From an uncultured Planctomycetota bacterium (GTDB lineage Bacteria; Planctomycetota; Planctomycetia; Isosphaerales; Isosphaeraceae), in contig CAWGMQ010000006.1 in the NCBI GenBank assembly GCA_963823665.1, forward strand, positions 128,001-192,000: a stretch of DNA of 64,000 bases, written 5' to 3'. Made by a program: the position numbers and the translations under genes. Shown here one piece after another: positions 1 through 9,882 of the stretch. Positions within the stretch are counted from its first letter, which is position 1, and each line of letters opens with the position of its first letter. The notes under the pieces were generated by a model. That model saw only the letters and a list, made by a program, of their open reading frames with translations, was not told the DNA's origin and made no database searches.

Positions 1-194
1 TATCTCAGCCACTCGGATGCAAGTCGTTCACGGTCGCGCGGGTCGCGAAGGTCAAGCTCCCGGTCTGGCATGTCTCGCCTCCCGATCGGGCCGACGGCAA
101 CCTCCCGGACACGGCGGCCTAGCAAGAGGCGAGCGCGAAAGCAGCTCGGCGGGAGCCTCGCAATCCCCAAAACGCGAAATGTCGCGATTACCTG

Positions 195-1391
195 TTATTT
201 GGCGCTGACTGGTCTTGAGGTGGGCACGAGTGCGGGGCCCGGAGGCCAGCTCACCCGAGTCATTTGTACGCCACGGAGTTTCCAAAGTCCACTCACTTCG
301 TGAAATGTGGCCGTGCATGTACTTTTCACCTGTTCAGACTCAAAATTAAGATCGATCATCGCTTTATCGCGGTTTTTGTTAAACTCAGGCGCCGTGTTTC
401 CTTTCCATTCCATATCAGATTTGAGTGCTATTACGACCCGTTTGCTCAGCTCCACGAGATTGCGGTCCACCAAAGGCCCTGGCTTCGATTTGACGTAGGT
501 GATCGCCTCGGAGGTGAACGAAGCAAGTTCCTCGTCGGTCGGCCGCAGTTCCTGAAGAATCTGCTGGCTTCTGGGTGAAGCGATGAGCATTAGCGTCTGA
601 ATCGCACTCCCCGCGATCTCACTGTTGTCATCTGGGTCATAATCTCCTGAGGCACACTTCTTGAGAAACGACCACTCGCGTTCTGTTCCCGGCTCGAGCA
701 TTGCAGCGACAAGTTCGCTAGCCCAAAGATCGTCCAGGATTTTCTTTTTGGGGGTGGGCATCTGTTCGGTGATCCACGCGAGATCTTCAGGTAAACCGAG
801 AAAGGCCAGCAGGCGAATCGCCTCAGTTTGAATAGCTGGGTCATGGACAAGATCACGAAGGACAGGCCGGAATGTGTGATCCAGCTTGAACAGTGCTCGA
901 GCCAGGCTGCCGCCCTTCAGAACGCCAGCCATCAGTTCCTTGAGCTCGCGCGCTCGCTCCTTCTCATCGAGTGCCGCGATCCGAGTCACGTCGCTTTCGC
1001 GGAACACTCGTTTGAGGATGTACTCTGGTTGAAAGGGACCGACGCGGGCCACTTGCTCGAAATCGTTCGGGAAGAATGGGAGCACCGGGAGGACGTCAAC
1101 GTAGCCTTCCTTGCTGAGCTCGAGGGTGATACTTCCGTCACCAGGGACCGCGGGGTGTTCAAAACTCCCTCGGACCACGCCGTTTTCGTCCGAACGCAAG
1201 GTGACGAGCTTTACCTCTCGGCCGGTTGTAAAATCTGCTCGGCGCTCACTCCACTTGATCTCTGCAACCACGTCGGAGAGAGGTCGTCCCAAGCCGTCAA
1301 CAATTCTGGTCGAGACGTCTTCACCGGAAAGCGTCGTCAGGCAGATGGTCGAGAGAATCAGGTGTGTAATCGGATGAAGAGTTATATTCAT
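195..1391 (-). CDS. Secreted hypothetical protein (signal peptide, beta-rich N-terminal part, helical C-terminal part)
   Basis: 398-aa ORF; hydrophobic N-terminus (HLILSTICLTTLSG); RIVDGLGRPLSDVVAEI resembles the start of carboxypeptidase-regulatory-like domains; GGAGG upstream. Confidence 0.7.
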   Translation of the reverse strand: MNITLHPITHLILSTICLTTLSGEDVSTRIVDGLGRPLSDVVAEIKWSERRADFTTGREVKLVTLRSDENGVVRGSFEHPAVPGDGSITLELSKEGYVDVLPVLPFFPNDFEQVARVGPFQPEYILKRVFRESDVTRIAALDEKERARELKELMAGVLKGGSLARALFKLDHTFRPVLRDLVHDPAIQTEAIRLLAFLGLPEDLAWITEQMPTPKKKILDDLWASELVAAMLEPGTEREWSFLKKCASGDYDPDDNSEIAGSAIQTLMLIASPRSQQILQELRPTDEELASFTSEAITYVKSKPGPLVDRNLVELSKRVVIALKSDMEWKGNTAPEFNKNRDKAMIDLNFESEQVKSTCTATFHEVSGLWKLRGVQMTRVSWPPGPALVPTSRPVSAK

Positions 1392-2016
1392 CTGAAGAGA
1401 CCTCCTTCGAGTAGTCGGTGTTTATTCTCGGCTCTCTTCCCATGCTCGGTGTGTCGGACGGCGGGCCATTACCGAGCGTTGCCGCGGAGACGACGATTGC
1501 GTCCGTGAAGTCGCCAAGAATAATCGTTTTGGCTCATTGGGCAATGCGAATCTGAGGGTCGGTTACATCAGGCGGTACCAGTTTGTCGAGCGGTTCAGCA
1601 CCGCTCTGCAAGGGATTACCGGGTCTATCTGGTGTTAATCGCACGAACAAGCGCGCCGGCCACTGGGACAGGAGGCGTTTCTGGCGACGCTTGAAGAGAA
1701 CTTTGGTAGAATCGTGAGGGAGCAAGAATTCGCAGGAAGCGACGGCGGAAGAATTGGGGATGGTGTCCGCGGAGCAAGACTGAACGGCGGTGCGGTGATT
1801 CACTTCTCCGCCAAACGACGTGTAAGCAAATGCCGACAACTTCGTTCGCCTGGGGTTCCGGTTGCGGATGTTTGTCGAGAGGATGCTGTACGCTGAGGTG
1901 TGCTGTAGAATGAATCAATACGTGCTGAAGATGGAAGGTTTGTACAGACGTCGGCGTACAGACCACGATTGATGTGCTCCGGGGAGCGGACTTTTCACAA
2001 GCACGAGAGTGAGCTC

Positions 2017-2349
2017 ATGGATCTCAAGACCACGGTCGTCTGTGGCATCCTCAAGAACGACGGCACGCTGGAACTCGACGAGAAACCCCAGCTTGCCCCT
2101 GGCCGGGTTCAGGTTACGATTCATGCGATTCCTGAGCCGGGCATCGCGGCCGGGCGCCGGACCATTCTCGAGGTGCTGGACGAGATCCAGGCGGCGCAGG
2201 AGGCGAGAGGTTATCGCGGTCGTTCGGTCGAGGAGATGAAGGCAGATGAGGCAGAGCGGGGAGCGGAGGACGAAGAGTACGAAGACCGCTGGCGCAAGCT
2301 CTGGCGCCAGACTTCGCCAAACAACCCGCCAGGCGAGTTGGCGGGCTGA
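2017..2349 (+). CDS. Putative antitoxin of a vapBC-like pair
   Basis: MDLKTTVVCGILKNDGTLELDEKPQLAPGRVQVTI...ILEVLDEIQAAQEARGYRGRS; small acidic protein directly followed by a PIN toxin fragment. Confidence 0.6.
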   Translation: MDLKTTVVCGILKNDGTLELDEKPQLAPGRVQVTIHAIPEPGIAAGRRTILEVLDEIQAAQEARGYRGRSVEEMKADEAERGAEDEEYEDRWRKLWRQTSPNNPPGELAG

Positions 2350-2446
2350 TTGTGCAGCAGCAGTCGGTCACGGCTTTGATCGGTTTCTCACAAATGATTT
2401 TGCGCTTAGACGCTTTCCCGATATCACGGTCGAGGTCTTGACGTGA
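2348..2446 (+). pseudogene. C-terminal remnant of a PIN/VapC toxin
   Basis: DCAAAVGHGFDRFLTNDFALRRFPDITVEVLT* matches the PIN C-terminal pattern AAA..G..FLTND; most of the N-terminal part is absent. Confidence 0.65.
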
Positions 2447-2773
2447 GCGGAAGTCACAGCACAGAGTCAACGGTGCGGTCGTAACAGTCGTCTGAGTAGG
2501 CAGCTTCGGCTTCCCAGTGCGGCGGCGGGCACCATATCCGTTCCGGCGGTTCTTGGCGAGTGGAGTTCAAGTGGAGCGCCTTGGAAATCCAACTGTTTCG
2601 TTACTCGCGAACAGGGCGAATGTGTCTTCGATGGAAGGTCAGCCCGATCTCCGGGCGCCAGCACCTTGCGATCAATGATCGTGTGATGTGCCCAGAACCC
2701 TCGCGGCCCAACGCCATCTGGAAATTATCCCCTTTCTTTTCGAGTCCCGTCGTTCGACAATCAGGCTACGGCG

Positions 2774-3316
2774 TTGGTGGTAGGTATCCAGAGGATTCTT
2801 GGGGGTCGATCCAATGAAGTTGCGCCGCGCACGGCATTCTGGTTGGTTTCGGGCTTGCTCATCGTGACCGTGGTGGCGGCCGGTTCAGGGCTGGTTGTGG
2901 CTCAGCCCAAGAGTGAGACTAAAACACCGGCCATCGAGACGGGCGAGGCAAACTTTGAATCACTGGGTGAACATAAGATTGTCAATATAAACACTATCGC
3001 TTACACAAGCGATGAGGGGGGAGTGTTCGATATTTTCTTTGCATGCTCATCTACCAGAGGAGAGGACCCTTTACGGTTAACCGATGAAAAAGATATAACA
3101 AAGGCGAGATCATACTTTAACGATGAGAAACGATATGGAAGACATTTTGTAAGAATCAACAAGCACCGTATCAAGGTGCGAAATATTGCATTCATCGAAT
3201 CCAATGATGATTCAATCGTTCTCTATTTCAATGCTCGAATATCGGATGCGTTTGTGCAGTTGAGGTTTTCTGGGGCGGATGCGGAGAGTTTCAGGAAGAA
3301 AATGCGAGAGTTTTAA
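2774..3316 (+). CDS. Exported hypothetical protein with two tandem ~55-aa repeats; start uncertain (possibly ATG 2814 with a frameshift)
   Basis: Hydrophobic signal FWLVSGLLIVTVVAAG; repeats FESLGEHKIVNINTIAYT..FDIFF and FVRINKHRIKVRNIAFI..IVLYF; AT-richer than its flanks. Confidence 0.65.
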   Translation: MVVGIQRILGGRSNEVAPRTAFWLVSGLLIVTVVAAGSGLVVAQPKSETKTPAIETGEANFESLGEHKIVNINTIAYTSDEGGVFDIFFACSSTRGEDPLRLTDEKDITKARSYFNDEKRYGRHFVRINKHRIKVRNIAFIESNDDSIVLYFNARISDAFVQLRFSGADAESFRKKMREF

Positions 3317-3398
3317 AGTTGGATCGGACAGGATCAAGCGGAGTGCCGGCCGCACGGGGAACGTCGTGCTCGTATCGCCCGCCGGGGCGAGTGAGTGT

Positions 3399-3445
3399 TA
3401 TTGGTCTCGGGTTTGAACAGAAGGGAACGAAGTTAACGAAGAAGA
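3399..3445 (+). repeat. Dispersed 47-bp repeat, copy 1
   Basis: TATTGGTCTCGGGTTTGAACAGAAGGGAACGAAGTTAACGAAGAAGA; differs by 2 mismatches from 9162-9208. Confidence 0.85.
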
Positions 3446-4140
3446 GGGAAAGTAATCGGATTGCGGGCGAGCCGGGTTTGAGTGCTTGGCGGGTGAATCT
3501 GGAGCTGTGGGCCGTTGCTGTATTCAGTTGATTCGTTGCGACGCTCGAGGATGAGTTGGGGATAATTCGGAGGGAGTTCAGCTCCTTGGATCGGCCACAA
3601 TCCATGTTTCATTCCTGGCGTTGGGTGGAACGTCGACCGTGAGTCGCCCGCAGTCGAATTCGCGCACCTTCGAGTTACGCTGGTGGCGGTCGCCTTCTCC
3701 GACGCGCAGGTCGATTCCGACTGAGAGCTGCACCCTCTCGGCCTTCGACGGGTGTGCCACCAAGTAGAGCCGGTTACTCAAGTCGACGTGTCCCACGAGC
3801 TGCTCGCCGGGTGCCAGCTTTCTCCATTGCGCCGGGGCCGGATCTTCCACGGGCAGCCCCACGACCAGGAACGGCCTTTCCACATTGACCTCCACAGCAT
3901 GCATGAAGGTCCAGGGGAGCCACTATTCGTCGACCCAAATTGCCTGGTTGCTGCTGTTCCGAATCGTGATATTCAGCGGAATCGTCATCCCGAATGTCGC
4001 ACCCCCGCGCGGGCGCTTGACCTCGATTGATATTGGAAACGACGGCTTGTAGTCGGCCGCGTTCTGTTTTTCCACAACCGACATCCGGAGCTGCTCGACG
4101 GGTGAATTCCGGGTCGCCGTAATGGGACCTTGATCGCTTA

Positions 4141-5808
4141 GTTCAGGTTTCGCACATTTCGCAGGCATTGGCCGCGTATACGTTGATGCGTGATTCGGCC
4201 GCGTCGCGACCTGTTCCGCGCCGGAAGGCGAGAGCCGCGTCGCGACAATTGATGTCGGCTTCCTTGCACACGTATGGCATCCTGTCTGGGGCTTACAAAC
4301 CAAATAGGCACCCAGGCAAGGAAGCCGACCAATGGAACTTACCGCTTCGTTCACTGAGCTGCTACATCAATTCGCCGATGTCTTCACGACCCCAACCTTC
4401 CTGACCTTCGTTGAAATCGTCACGGGTTGGTTGCTTTCGCACCGTCATCGTTACGTGACCGAGCTCATCTTTGCCAGCGGTAACATTGGCAACGGCCATT
4501 GGTGTCGGTTCCATCGCTTCTTCAGTCATGCCGCGTGGGACCCCGATCACTTCGCCTTGTGCTTGGCCAAACTGGTCGGCTCAATCCTGGCGCCTGGTGC
4601 TACCCTGTATTGGGCCGTCGATGACACGCTCTGCCGTAAACGAGGATTGACTCTCTACGGCGCGGGCATGCACTACGATCCGCTGATCTCCAGTCGCGCC
4701 AAGTCGCTGGTCAGTTGGGGCCACGACTGGGTCGTGCTTTGCCTGATCGTCGTGAACCCGTTTTGGGCACCCACCAAGGTCTTCGCCTTGCCAATCACCA
4801 TGCGTCTGTACCGCAATCGGCAAGGACTCACCAAGGGGAAGAAGGGTCGGGGTAAAGGTTGCAAACCCAATCCTGATCATCGCACTCGCCCTGAACTGGC
4901 TCGCGAGCTCATCCACTTGGTAGCTCAGTGGTATCCTGACGATGAGATCTTTCTTACCGGCGACAGCGCCTATGGGGGCAAGAGCATCCTGTCGCATCTG
5001 CCGACGAACGTTCATCTCATCAGCCATGTCCATCCCAAGGGTGCGCTTTACGAGCGTGCCCCCGTCGAGAAGAAAGGACGCAAAGGAGCGCCTCGAAAAA
5101 AAGGTGCCCGTCTGCCGAGCATGGCCCAGTGGGCCAATGATCCCAGCCAACCTTGGACTGAACTTAAATTCAACCAGTTCGGGTTGCATGCCAGGCTCGC
5201 CGTCAAAACGATCAAGGCCCTCTACTACAAGGCAGGTGGAGACCGCGAGCTGACGATCGTCTTGGTACATGATCTGGAAGGGAAACGCCCCGATCAGATG
5301 TTCTACTGCACCAAGCTTGATTGGAGCGCGCGGCAAATTCTGACGGTGTACTCCTATCGCTGGGCGATTGAATGCACCTTCGAGAATTGCAAACAGTTCC
5401 TGGGGCTCGAAGACCCAGCGAATCGTCTGCCGAAGGCGGTCGGGCGTACCGCGCCCATGGCGCTGATGCTCTACAGCTTGGTGATAGTGTGGTTCCACCA
5501 GACCGGACATCGATTCGTCCGATTTCCCATCCGCCCGTGGTATCAACGGAAGCAAGAACCCTCGTTTGCTGATCTATTGACCACACTGCGCCGTGTTAGC
5601 CTTGAAGAAAAAACTCGCGCAGTGCTTTTAGATCAGCGCACTATAAAAACCTGGCTTGCGCAGGTCACCGATCTTCTCAGCCGAGTGGCGTGATCGGCGT
5701 CGACCAGGCTAACTGAAGCTGCACCCGCTCCGTCGCGAGCAACCGAGTGACACGAAAATGCCGGCTCGGCCGATCGCAAAGCGCCTTCAGAATGTGCGAA
5801 ACCTGAAC
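4141..5808 (+). mobile_element. IS701-family insertion sequence (~1.67 kb)
   Basis: Perfect terminal inverted repeats GTTCAGGTTTCGCACATT (4141-4158) and AATGTGCGAAACCTGAAC (5791-5808); flanking direct repeat TTA (or CTTAG if each end is shifted 1 nt inward). Confidence 0.9.
4332..5693 (+). CDS. IS701-family DDE transposase
   Basis: 453 aa; FHRFFSHAAW, AVDDT, WGHDWV, GDSAYG, YSYRWAIECTFENCKQ (Y-x2-R-x3-E-x6-K). Confidence 0.9.
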   Translation: MELTASFTELLHQFADVFTTPTFLTFVEIVTGWLLSHRHRYVTELIFASGNIGNGHWCRFHRFFSHAAWDPDHFALCLAKLVGSILAPGATLYWAVDDTLCRKRGLTLYGAGMHYDPLISSRAKSLVSWGHDWVVLCLIVVNPFWAPTKVFALPITMRLYRNRQGLTKGKKGRGKGCKPNPDHRTRPELARELIHLVAQWYPDDEIFLTGDSAYGGKSILSHLPTNVHLISHVHPKGALYERAPVEKKGRKGAPRKKGARLPSMAQWANDPSQPWTELKFNQFGLHARLAVKTIKALYYKAGGDRELTIVLVHDLEGKRPDQMFYCTKLDWSARQILTVYSYRWAIECTFENCKQFLGLEDPANRLPKAVGRTAPMALMLYSLVIVWFHQTGHRFVRFPIRPWYQRKQEPSFADLLTTLRRVSLEEKTRAVLLDQRTIKTWLAQVTDLLSRVA

Positions 5809-5950
5809 TTAGGGTTCTACCGCAAACTGTCGCGAAGCATAACGTGGTCACAAGCATAGCGCAGCTTTCTTGCTCGCATTCGCGAGCCTTCCATGTTTGC
5901 GGTCGACCGTCTGTCTCCTGCCGCCCCCACTGATCGGTCCGAGATTCGCA

Positions 5951-6568
5951 TCACTTCACGCGAACGCATCGCTCTCGGCTGGTCTCAGGGAACAGCGTTT
6001 CGCCGCCTGTGCTCTTCAAGTGTTTGATCAACGCCGCCCGCATCTCAGCGGGTGTGCGCTTACCGTCGACCACCGCTGCGTAGGCTTTGTCACCTAAGTT
6101 TACCCCCCGCCACAGATCGAGGTGACCGTCGTTCAGGCGGTACTTCTCGACTGTAGCCCACTCGGTCATTGCGTCATTGGTCTCGACGCGATGGATCCAT
6201 TCCTTGTAACTATCTGGCGCACCGAGATCTTCGGACCGCAAAACGTTCAGGTAAGTGAAGTCCCCAAGGGTGGTCGTTGAGCAGTAGGCCGTTGACTCGT
6301 CGGTGTGATCCTTGTCTCTGTCGCGGTGCGAACTGAAAACGAGCTTGAGCAACACTGGATTGCCTTTGGCCTGGCTTTTTTCGATGAAAAGATACTGAGC
6401 CGGATCGGATTCGCCAGTCTCGAACCGCCAAACACCGCAAAGCTTCTCGTCAACAGGCGAAACGTAGGGATCTGAAAGCGGCTTGCCGTCCGGGATCAAG
6501 ATACACCCTGAGGCCGACAGCAGTGCTATGATTAGCGACGTGGTTTTGAAGTTCGCGACCAAAGCCAT
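5951..6568 (-). CDS. Hypothetical lipoprotein
   Basis: MALVANFKTTSLIIALLSASGC lipobox-like signal followed by PLSDP..VDEKLCGVW. Confidence 0.7.
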   Translation of the reverse strand: MALVANFKTTSLIIALLSASGCILIPDGKPLSDPYVSPVDEKLCGVWRFETGESDPAQYLFIEKSQAKGNPVLLKLVFSSHRDRDKDHTDESTAYCSTTTLGDFTYLNVLRSEDLGAPDSYKEWIHRVETNDAMTEWATVEKYRLNDGHLDLWRGVNLGDKAYAAVVDGKRTPAEMRAALIKHLKSTGGETLFPETSRERCVRVK

Positions 6569-6847
6569 TCGTGACCTCGCCGTCGGGGAAAGGGCCATCG
6601 CTCGAGTGTGAGCGTGCCTCGGTGGCAAATTCGGGCGGGAGTTTTCAATCGAGTCGCTGATACTCGTTTTGCTCGAACCAGTCAATGTGAAGGTGTCACG
6701 CGTTGCAGTGTTCAAGGTCTTACTCGACGATCCTTTTTCAGTGCCGCGCAACGGGATTCGCAGAATTTCTGAAAAATCCGGACACGCCGGACCTTCCCGT
6801 GACATTACCATCATGAAAGGGGACACACAGGGCGGGACGGGTTTCAC

Positions 6848-8964
6848 ATGGCCAAGACAAAGCACGGCATCGCCCTCCGGCACCTCGACACTCTGTTAAT
6901 CGTTGGTGCGGCCGGCGGACTGACGGACGCGCAGCTACTCGCGCTGTTTGCCACCGGGCGGGACGAGACCGCTGAGCTGGCATTCACGGTCCTGGTTGAT
7001 CGCCACGGACCGATGGTGCTCCGCGTCTGCCAGGTGGTGCTCCGCGACACTCACGACGCCCAGGATGCTTTTCAAGCTACCTTTTTGGTCCTGGTCGAAA
7101 AGGCTCGGGGACTGTGGGTGCGAGAGTCCCTTGGACCCTGGCTCCATCAGGTCGCCCACCGGATCGCGTCTGGTGTGAGGCTGGCCAAGGCCCGAAGACG
7201 TCGACACGAGAAGCACGCCGCCGCGTTGTCGGCTGATCTTGCTGCCGCTTCGAATCCGGATGACCTGGGGGAGGTTCTCCAGCGGGAGGTGAGCCGCTTG
7301 CCGGAGCGGTACCGCGCGGCAGTCGTGCTCTGCCTGCTTGAGGGCCTGACGCCGGAGCAAGCGGCTCGGCAATTAGGTTGGCCGGCCGGCACGGTGCATA
7401 GCCGGCTGGCGCGGGGCGCGAGCGGCTGCGGGGCCGGCTGACCCGGCAGGGCCTGGCCCGCGGGATCGTGGGGCTGGGTTTGCTACGGGCCGCCGAGCCG
7501 TCGGCGACAGTGCCGCCTGCGCTCGTCGCTGCGACGGGACGCGCCGCTTCGCGTGTCATCGCGGGGGAAATGATGGACGCAATCGTCTCCAACTCGGTCG
7601 CCGCACTCACAAAAGGAGCACTGAGAACCAAGATGATGACCAAGCTCATGACCGCGGGAGCGGCTATGCTGGCGGTCGGCGTTGCCTTTACCGGCGCGGG
7701 GACGCTGGGATACATAGGGCCGGGGCGGGACGATGCCTCCTCGCCCCCGGGCGGGCAGAAAGTACAAGGTGAGCGCTCGCCGAAATCAGCCGCTTTCAAC
7801 GCTCGGGCCCAAGAAGCGCCCGGGGATGGCGGGAAGAGCGACATCATTCAAGCCAAGCGATCTCCGCGAGTCGAGAAGGGGACCAAAGAAGCGCTTGTGC
7901 TGAAAGACCAGGCCCTATACCTGGCCATTTCTCCTAATGGCAAGACGCTTGCCGCCAGTTGCAGCGATGGCACGGTCCAGTTACTCGATGCACGCACCGG
8001 TGAAAAACGAGTCGCCCTGGCCGGCAGCATTCGTGGTTATATTCGTGCGTTAGCATTCACCCCTGACGGCAAGACCATCGCGGGTGCGGGAGACGAGAAT
8101 CAGTTGCGGCTCTGGGACGCGGCCTCGGGTCGATTGATGAAGGCGCTCCCCGCGCTCGGAAATCTCGAGCACGCCACCTTAAAGCCCGGTGCTAACTCGC
8201 TGGCGATCTCACCAGACGGCAGCCTGATCGCTGTCGGCGGTGCCGGATGCACGGACCATACCAATATGAATGGCACGAGCTTCTTCGACGTCCGGGTCCT
8301 GGACGCAAAGACTGGCGAGCTCGTGTGGTCGCACTTCGGCCGGCGGGGATACATGGAGCAGCTCGCCTTCTCGCCGGACGGCCACACGTTGGCCAGCGCG
8401 ACACACGGTGAAATCCGACTCTGGGATTCAAGGGGCGGTGACCTGAAGCAGACCCTGAAGCCCGTTGTGAGCTCCGGGACGATCCGGACGCTGGCATTCT
8501 CGCCCGACAACAAGTTGCTGGCTGGGTATGGGAACGCTCAAGTCCCGGGAGGGCGCGGGTGCCTTCTGACGCTCTGGGACGTGCGCACGGGCGCGATCGT
8601 CCGTTCGATCGATGCGGGTCCAGCGGCTGGCGTGACCAGTCCCGGGACGCTTGCGTTCTCACCCGACAGCAAGACGGTGGCGAGTGGCGGGCACGGGATC
8701 AAGGAAGGGCTGATCTCGATTGGCGGCGGGCCTATCGCCCGCGGCGCGAAGGTGATCAACTACGTCAAGCTGTGGAATGCCGCCACGGGAGCCCTGTTGT
8801 GGACCTCGGTCGAGGGTGACCTTGGGCTGGTGATGTCAATCGTGTTCTCACCGGATGGGACGTCGATTTACTGTTGCGACTCGTCGGCCACGACTCGCAT
8901 CGACGCACGGACCGGGCAGACCCGGCATGACTTGATGAAAGCGACCGACGGCCCGCCCAGGTAA
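6848..8964 (+). CDS. ECF sigma factor fused to a WD40 beta-propeller; frameshift near 7419
   Basis: Sigma regions DAQDAFQATFLVL, LGPWLHQVA, LPERYRAAVVLC, GTVHSRLARG; adding 1 nt restores ARGRERLRGRLTRQGL into the second ORF, which has a hydrophobic segment and repeated LAFSPDG..LWD motifs. Confidence 0.85.
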
Positions 8965-9161
8965 GTTGGCACTCCGGCGGGCTTGGATTTGCGGTCTACG
9001 CTCCGCACATCCCGGAGGGAGAGGGAGCGTTTGGTCATCACGTCGGATTCCCGAGCTCGGAGTTTCGAGCTCGAGTCGTCTCGAAATGAGATGCGGGCTC
9101 AGAAGTGTGCCGGCCTTACGCCGCTCGTGGTGCTGCTTTCTTCCTGGGGGCGAATGATTTG

Positions 9162-9208
9162 TATTGGTCTCGGATTTGAGCAGAAGGGAACGAAGTTAAC
9201 GAAGAAGA
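9162..9208 (+). repeat. Dispersed 47-bp repeat, copy 2
   Basis: Near-identical to 3399-3445. Confidence 0.85.
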
Positions 9209-9882
9209 AATTGCTGGCAGGCAGCCGTGCTGGTTCCCGGCGGGGTGTGGCTGACGGGAGGGTCGGCCGTATCGAGGCGCTCTTGGGGCGTGGGTTGTCG
9301 GGGGCGGCGCATCTGCGCTCGGGCTGCGCAGACTGGTAGAGAATGGCCAGGTGGCCGGGCAGCAGGCCAGTCGGGCTGCAGAGCACATCCGCGTGCCAAA
9401 GCGCGCAGAAAAAGGTGGATCTGCGCGTTACGACTGGTGTCATTCGTTAAATTGAGATTGCTCATCCCGTAATGTCTGCATAGTTAACGCATTTTGTCTT
9501 GCCGATTGCTGGCGGGCATGGTAAAGTTGCGCTCTGAGAGGGAGGGAGTGCGCTTCCGCATGCAAGCCGCGGCCGTCCTCTTGGCGACGAAAGGGTTCAC
9601 TGGTGAACCCACGGAGCGAGCCTCATCGATCGCCGGCCGAGGCGAGCAACTTGAATGGCCGCTCTTGATCGCAACGGTTCTTTTTAACACATCAAAGATA
9701 CATATCGTGCTTCATTGCCGCGTTCAATCAGGTAACTCTTTTACACTTCTTCAGTTACGCGTCGCCATTATTCGGGTCGCGGGGAGTGTCTCCATGCGGT
9801 TCCTCGAGAACGAGGAAGACCCTTCGCGGAGAGGCTGTCATCTTTTGGCCGCGTTGCGGTAACTCGGCCGTTGGGCCTAGTC

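Larger units (their letters stand above)
3578..5857 (-). pseudogene. Secreted hypothetical gene split by the IS701-family element and carrying an in-frame TAG
   Basis: Removing the IS and one target copy joins MLVTTLCFATVCGRT in frame to LSDQGPITATRNSP...; the frame continues WVDE*WLPWTFMHAVEV to 3578. Confidence 0.7.

Noticed and set aside
3923..3925. TAG read-through (pyrrolysine)
   Set aside because: The gene is already IS-disrupted and no pyl genes are visible
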